64,000 nt of DNA from Candidatus Ryanbacteria bacterium RIFCSPLOWO2_12_FULL_44_26 (lineage in GTDB: Bacteria > Patescibacteriota > Minisyncoccia > Ryanbacterales > HO2-45-13), in contig MHOA01000007.1 in assembly GCA_001821765.1 (NCBI GenBank), forward strand, positions 9,565 to 73,564, written 5' to 3'. Under the pieces are notes generated by a model. The model was not told where the DNA came from and made no database searches. It worked only from the letters and a program-made list of their open reading frames with translations. The translations under genes and the position numbers were made by a program. The first letter of the stretch is position 1. Every line of letters begins with the position of its first letter. Positions 60,149 to 64,000 of this stretch are shown piece by piece.

Positions 60149-61441
60149 ATGAAAAAGAATGTTGTTTTAAGTCTTATCGCGTTCGGCATAGCCATTGTGT
60201 TATTGCCATTGGTTTCAGCGTTTGAGGCGCATGTCATTAACGTAACCGCGCAGATTGATAATAATTTTCTTCTGGACCCCATTCCGGATCTGGATTTCGG
60301 GACTGCCTTTCCGCAGGAAATGCTCGATTTAACGTTTCTTGTTTCTCTCTCTGAATCAATCGCGAATTTTAATGTTGACGATGTTGAATACGTACTCCGG
60401 CAGAAACCGAAATGCGTAAATGATAACGATCCTTCCGACCATCCTCCTGTGTATGAGGACGAAAATGGCAATTTCTTCTGCCCTGAAGGATCAACAATGA
60501 TGCCATTGCTTTGCCCGTATTTATCTAAGACCGAGATTACCTTAGACGGCGATGAAGGCGAAAACGACGGCCCCGCTATACCTCCATTTCATGGACTTCC
60601 CGGACCGTGGACACTCGCCACTACTTTAGCCCACGAGACATTTGGACGCCTCATAGCGTCAGCGAATGATTCCCAAGATGAGTGGAATATTGACCTTAAA
60701 GTGCCTTGTTTTGAGGATCACTGCAGTCAGGATTGGTCTGATTTTATAAGGGATACATCGGAAAATCCCGATATTGATCCTGAAATCTACAAGCTTGATC
60801 CGCTCTTGGAGCACAGCATTTTTGGCTGTGATTTGTGGCTTGAAGTGACTGCCACATCAACCCCCCCCGGATGCGAGGAACAGCTTGATCTCATGCTGGT
60901 TTTGGACCGTTCAGGATCAATTGACGCTGGTGAGCTTACGACGCTTAAGGACGCCGCTAATTCGTTTGTTGATGCCTTAGCTCCTTCAGTAGATACAGTG
61001 CATATTGGGCAGACGAGTTTTTCTACTACTGGAAGTTTAGACCTTCATTTAACCGACGTTGCGTCTGATATACATGACGCGATAAATGCTCTGGTTTCGG
61101 GTGGATTTACCAATCTCAAAAAAGGTATTGAGCTTGCTACAGATGAACTTGATGACGCGCATGAACATGAGCGGCCGGCAACGCCCGACGTGATGGTAAT
61201 CCTCACAGATGGTTTGCCAAATAGGCCGGCCGGTGATCCCGCAGGAGATGCGGCAGCTGCCGCTGATGCCGCGCGCGCGGCAGGCATAGAAATATTCGTG
61301 GTGGGGATAGGCGTGAGCCCCGCGACTGAATCGTATCTAAAAACTGAAATTGCCGATTCAGAGGCGCATTATTTCGGTGCGGCTGATTTTGAGGATCTTG
61401 AACCGATTCTTATAGGGCTTGCGGAGTGCCCAGCGGATTAA
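60149..61441 (+). CDS. AFEAHVINVTA-family secreted subunit with a C-terminal vWA domain
   Basis: Signal ...PLVS-AFEAHVINVTAQIDN; core shared with the next gene; intact MIDAS residues DRSGS, GFTN, LTDG. Confidence 0.8.
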   Translation: MKKNVVLSLIAFGIAIVLLPLVSAFEAHVINVTAQIDNNFLLDPIPDLDFGTAFPQEMLDLTFLVSLSESIANFNVDDVEYVLRQKPKCVNDNDPSDHPPVYEDENGNFFCPEGSTMMPLLCPYLSKTEITLDGDEGENDGPAIPPFHGLPGPWTLATTLAHETFGRLIASANDSQDEWNIDLKVPCFEDHCSQDWSDFIRDTSENPDIDPEIYKLDPLLEHSIFGCDLWLEVTATSTPPGCEEQLDLMLVLDRSGSIDAGELTTLKDAANSFVDALAPSVDTVHIGQTSFSTTGSLDLHLTDVASDIHDAINALVSGGFTNLKKGIELATDELDDAHEHERPATPDVMVILTDGLPNRPAGDPAGDAAAAADAARAAGIEIFVVGIGVSPATESYLKTEIADSEAHYFGAADFEDLEPILIGLAECPAD

Positions 61442-61623
61442 GCTTCTTGCTACATTCTCTTCTTCTTTTTTAGGAGAAGAGAGACGTAGCCGGAAGATAA
61501 GGGCTGTGAATGGCGCATTAAATAATTTTTTTAAGAAGTGCGTCATCAATAGCTCTTAAGCGAGCTTTCGGTTACAAAATGGTCGATAAATTATTATTAG
61601 TTAAAGACGAATAATAATAAAAA

Positions 61624-62571
61624 ATGAAAAAAAGAATTTTACTTGCATTAGGTTCGGCAGGAGCGGCTGCAGCGATAATCCCGCTTTTTGCGGCATTTGA
61701 AGCGCATGTCATTAATGTGACTGCGAAAATTGAAAACGCTCTTCAAGTGCAGACCGAAGCAATTGAGTTTGGGACTGTTTTCCCAGAAGAAGTGCTCTTT
61801 AAGGATTTTGGCGTTCAATTGAGCGACTCCTTCAGAGAGGAAGGGCGAGTTGATGACGTTGAGTACCATATCAAGCAGAAGGATAAGCCGATAGATCCTC
61901 AAGGGAAAGTCTGTCGCGACGGCACAACAGATTGCGCGCCTGAATTACAGATATCTACCACTCAATTCTGTCACAAAAATCGTCCTACGGATCCAGGGGA
62001 TCCTGAAGATCCTTACTACGATGTCTGCTATCCAAGTCTTTGTCCGTACTTGTCAAAAGATTCGGACGATGATGAACAGGGTTCTTTAGGCAATGACAAT
62101 GACGGAAGCATTGGAGCGTTTCACCGCGCTGAATGCGATGACGGAGAGGATAATGATCTGGATGGAGATATAGATTGGCCTGATGACAATGAGTGCACAT
62201 CGAAATATGACGACGACGAAGATGAAGAAGGTCAGCAGGGATTGGTTAATGGCTATCTTGCCAAGTCCATTCAAGACATTGTAGACATCTGGACTATTGA
62301 CCTCCATGTGCCTTGCTTTAAGGGAAGCTGCGCGCAGGATAATGTCATTCCGGAGGACTACCAGCTTGACCCCCGACTTGAGCATGAAGTATTCGGATGC
62401 GATTTGTGGGTAGAGGTAACGGGAGTAAGCGAGTCAAACGGAGAAATATTGCCGCAATGCAGCGATGGTCTTAATAATGATAGTGACGAAGACATTGATT
62501 CAGCAGATTTAGGTTGTTTAGACGATAGTGGTAATTGGGATCCGACTGACGATGATGAATCGGATGCATAA
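61624..62571 (+). CDS. AFEAHVINVTA-family secreted subunit with Asp-rich, putatively Ca-binding inserts
   Basis: ...PLFA-AFEAHVINVTAKIEN; LCPYLSK, WTIDLHVPCF, FGCDLWVEVT shared with 60149; CDDGEDNDLDGDID and CSDGLNNDSDEDID. Confidence 0.8.
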   Translation: MKKRILLALGSAGAAAAIIPLFAAFEAHVINVTAKIENALQVQTEAIEFGTVFPEEVLFKDFGVQLSDSFREEGRVDDVEYHIKQKDKPIDPQGKVCRDGTTDCAPELQISTTQFCHKNRPTDPGDPEDPYYDVCYPSLCPYLSKDSDDDEQGSLGNDNDGSIGAFHRAECDDGEDNDLDGDIDWPDDNECTSKYDDDEDEEGQQGLVNGYLAKSIQDIVDIWTIDLHVPCFKGSCAQDNVIPEDYQLDPRLEHEVFGCDLWVEVTGVSESNGEILPQCSDGLNNDSDEDIDSADLGCLDDSGNWDPTDDDESDA

Positions 62572-62585
62572 GAGGAATTAATATT

Positions 62586-62638
62586 TGATCCTCGATCACT
62601 CCGGTTCCGGCTTGCCGGGACCGGAGGATTGGGGGATT
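62586..62638 (+). other. Long GC-rich intergenic hairpin
   Basis: ATCCTCGATCACTCCGGTTCCGGC / GCCGGGACCGGAGGATTGGGGGAT. Confidence 0.55.
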
Positions 62639-62673
62639 AACAAACCAAAGGTCGTTTGGTATATTATAAGGTC

Positions 62674-63165
62674 ATGGACCCAGTCATGGATTTACGGAAT
62701 GTAAATCGTCAAAAACCGGAAGAAACCGCCATAAAATCAAGAAAATTTACGGGAGGCGAGAAAGTTTTGATAGGAGCAATCACCCTTGTTTTTCTTTTTG
62801 TTTTCTACGTCACGCTGGATGCCAATAAATATAAAGCGCTTGTGCGGGTGATTGAGGGTGAGGGAAGAGTCGGGGTAAATCCCACGACCGAAGCTCTAGA
62901 TTTCGGGGATCTCTCGCGCGGCACCTCCGCCGTAAGAGGAGTTGAAATAGTGAATGCCACTCCTATTCCCATGTTCATTATGGTGCTGCGGGTGGGCGGA
63001 ATTTCCGAGCTTATGGATCTTGATAAAAACAATTTTGTGCTTTCTGCCAGAGAGACCGAGCGCCTCCAGTTTACAGTCTTTATTCCTGCTTCCGCTCCGG
63101 TCGGGGAAGAATTTTCCGGTAGGGTATTCCTTTTTAAAGTTCCAGGGCCTTGGCGTAAGAGCTGA
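62674..63165 (+). CDS. Single-TM protein with a beta-sandwich-like ectodomain, function unknown
   Basis: TM segment then VGVNPTTEALDFGDLSRG, similar to LDFGTAFP/IEFGTVFP in the neighbouring subunits. Confidence 0.65.
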   Translation: MDPVMDLRNVNRQKPEETAIKSRKFTGGEKVLIGAITLVFLFVFYVTLDANKYKALVRVIEGEGRVGVNPTTEALDFGDLSRGTSAVRGVEIVNATPIPMFIMVLRVGGISELMDLDKNNFVLSARETERLQFTVFIPASAPVGEEFSGRVFLFKVPGPWRKS

Positions 63166-63167
63166 GG

Positions 63168-63608
63168 ATGATAAAAAGAGCCGCTCGCGTAATCCTAAAC
63201 GCGGCTGTCTACATTTTAATAATTGTGAGTATCGTATGGGGGCTCCCTCAATTTTTGTCGTGGAAGCTGGAAACTCCTTATCCTTTAGCCGCGATTACTT
63301 CCGGCTCCATGTGGCCCGCTTTGAAAGAGGGCGATCTTGTTTTGATAAAGCGCGTCGGGAAGGATGAGATCAAAAAAAGCGACATTATCGTCTGGAAAAA
63401 CGAGCGCGGCTTTACGATCCACAGGGTTGTGGCGCTCAAGGATAAGATGCTCGTTACGAAAGGAGATGCCAACTTCGTCGAGGACGAGCCGGTGCGCTAT
63501 GAAAACGTCGTTGGCGAGGCGCTGACGTTTCGCGGCAAAACCGCGCGCATTCCGTATCTTGGATTTATTTCAGTGATGGGAGCAAACATTCTGGAATCCG
63601 CCAATTGA
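63168..63608 (+). CDS. sipW: Signal peptidase I, SipW/Sec11 (S26B, Ser-His) type
   Basis: ITSGSMWPALKEGDLV, TIHRVV, VTKGDAN..D, IPYLG. Confidence 0.85.
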   Translation: MIKRAARVILNAAVYILIIVSIVWGLPQFLSWKLETPYPLAAITSGSMWPALKEGDLVLIKRVGKDEIKKSDIIVWKNERGFTIHRVVALKDKMLVTKGDANFVEDEPVRYENVVGEALTFRGKTARIPYLGFISVMGANILESAN

Positions 63609-63622
63609 ATTATTTATTGTTT

Positions 63623-64000
63623 ATGAAACGCGCCGGAAAAAATCTGAAAAAGCGAAGCGTCACCGGGTTCAAAGAAGGACCGCGACTTTGGGATTGGGCA
63701 ATAACGGAAGAAGCCGACGGCATGATATTACGATTCGTAAAAGTGCCACGGCGCATCCGCTACGTGCCGGTAACGGATATTGTTCCTCCGGCGGCACCTT
63801 GCAGGCCAACAACCGCTGGAACCGGACATGCCTATAAAAAATCCATTGCGCTAGATCGTTCACGGAGAAGTTCCATTGCGGGAAGGATCATAAAATCGCT
63901 CTTTCAAAGGCGCTCGCTTGTCGGCATGACATCGGGAGCGCTTATTATAACCGTTGCCCTTTTGCCGCTGCTTTCCGCGTTTGAAGCGCATGTCATTAAT
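63623..64000 (+). CDS. Third AFEAHVIN-family protein, truncated by the window end (not in the ORF track)
   Basis: Open frame from ATG 63623 (MKRAGKNL...) ending ...ALIITVALLPLLS-AFEAHVIN at 64000. Confidence 0.8.
   Translation, partial: MKRAGKNLKKRSVTGFKEGPRLWDWAITEEADGMILRFVKVPRRIRYVPVTDIVPPAAPCRPTTAGTGHAYKKSIALDRSRRSSIAGRIIKSLFQRRSLVGMTSGALIITVALLPLLSAFEAHVIN

Overview
Bacterial DNA using the standard code (TGA is a stop). Gene content and style fit Patescibacteria/CPR, probably Parcubacteria; this is inferred from the sequence, not from a database search. 1-14 kb: an apparently decaying ferritin-like/flavoprotein operon, then housekeeping genes (murJ, lepA, ftsB-like, tRNA-Gly and tRNA-Thr, frameshifted prfB, ftsEX). 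14-28 kb: accessory DNA with a GC-rich Cys-rich secreted protein, an IS481-like remnant, convergent pbpC and alpha-2-macroglobulin, a GIY-YIG nuclease with REP-like repeats at tRNA-Gln, and an unassigned structured RNA. 29-38 kb: a Wzm/Wzt surface-glycan locus with a REP-associated tyrosine transposase between wzm and wzt. 38-43 kb: SIMPL, metK and an archease-thpR-rtcB RNA-repair cluster. 43-64 kb is the most interesting part, a candidate extracellular-matrix (biofilm) island with three modules. (i) Asn/Gly-rich repeat proteins (amyloid or beta-solenoid candidates) plus an S8 protease. (ii) A processive GT2, a GT-C, a malectin/PQQ-propeller/Kelch giant protein and a GH6 glucanase. (iii) A SipW-type peptidase with three or more paralogs sharing an AFEAHVIN(VTA) N-terminus (TasA-like fibre candidate). 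Each module is preceded by a promoter and a terminator-containing leader with the same bulged GG-GAAA-CC hairpin. By hand pairing, that hairpin appears to compete with termination. A neighbouring non-coding hairpin carries a fourth copy of the core. Together these suggest an undescribed antitermination/riboswitch-like regulon. All RNA structures were paired by eye and need computational and experimental confirmation.
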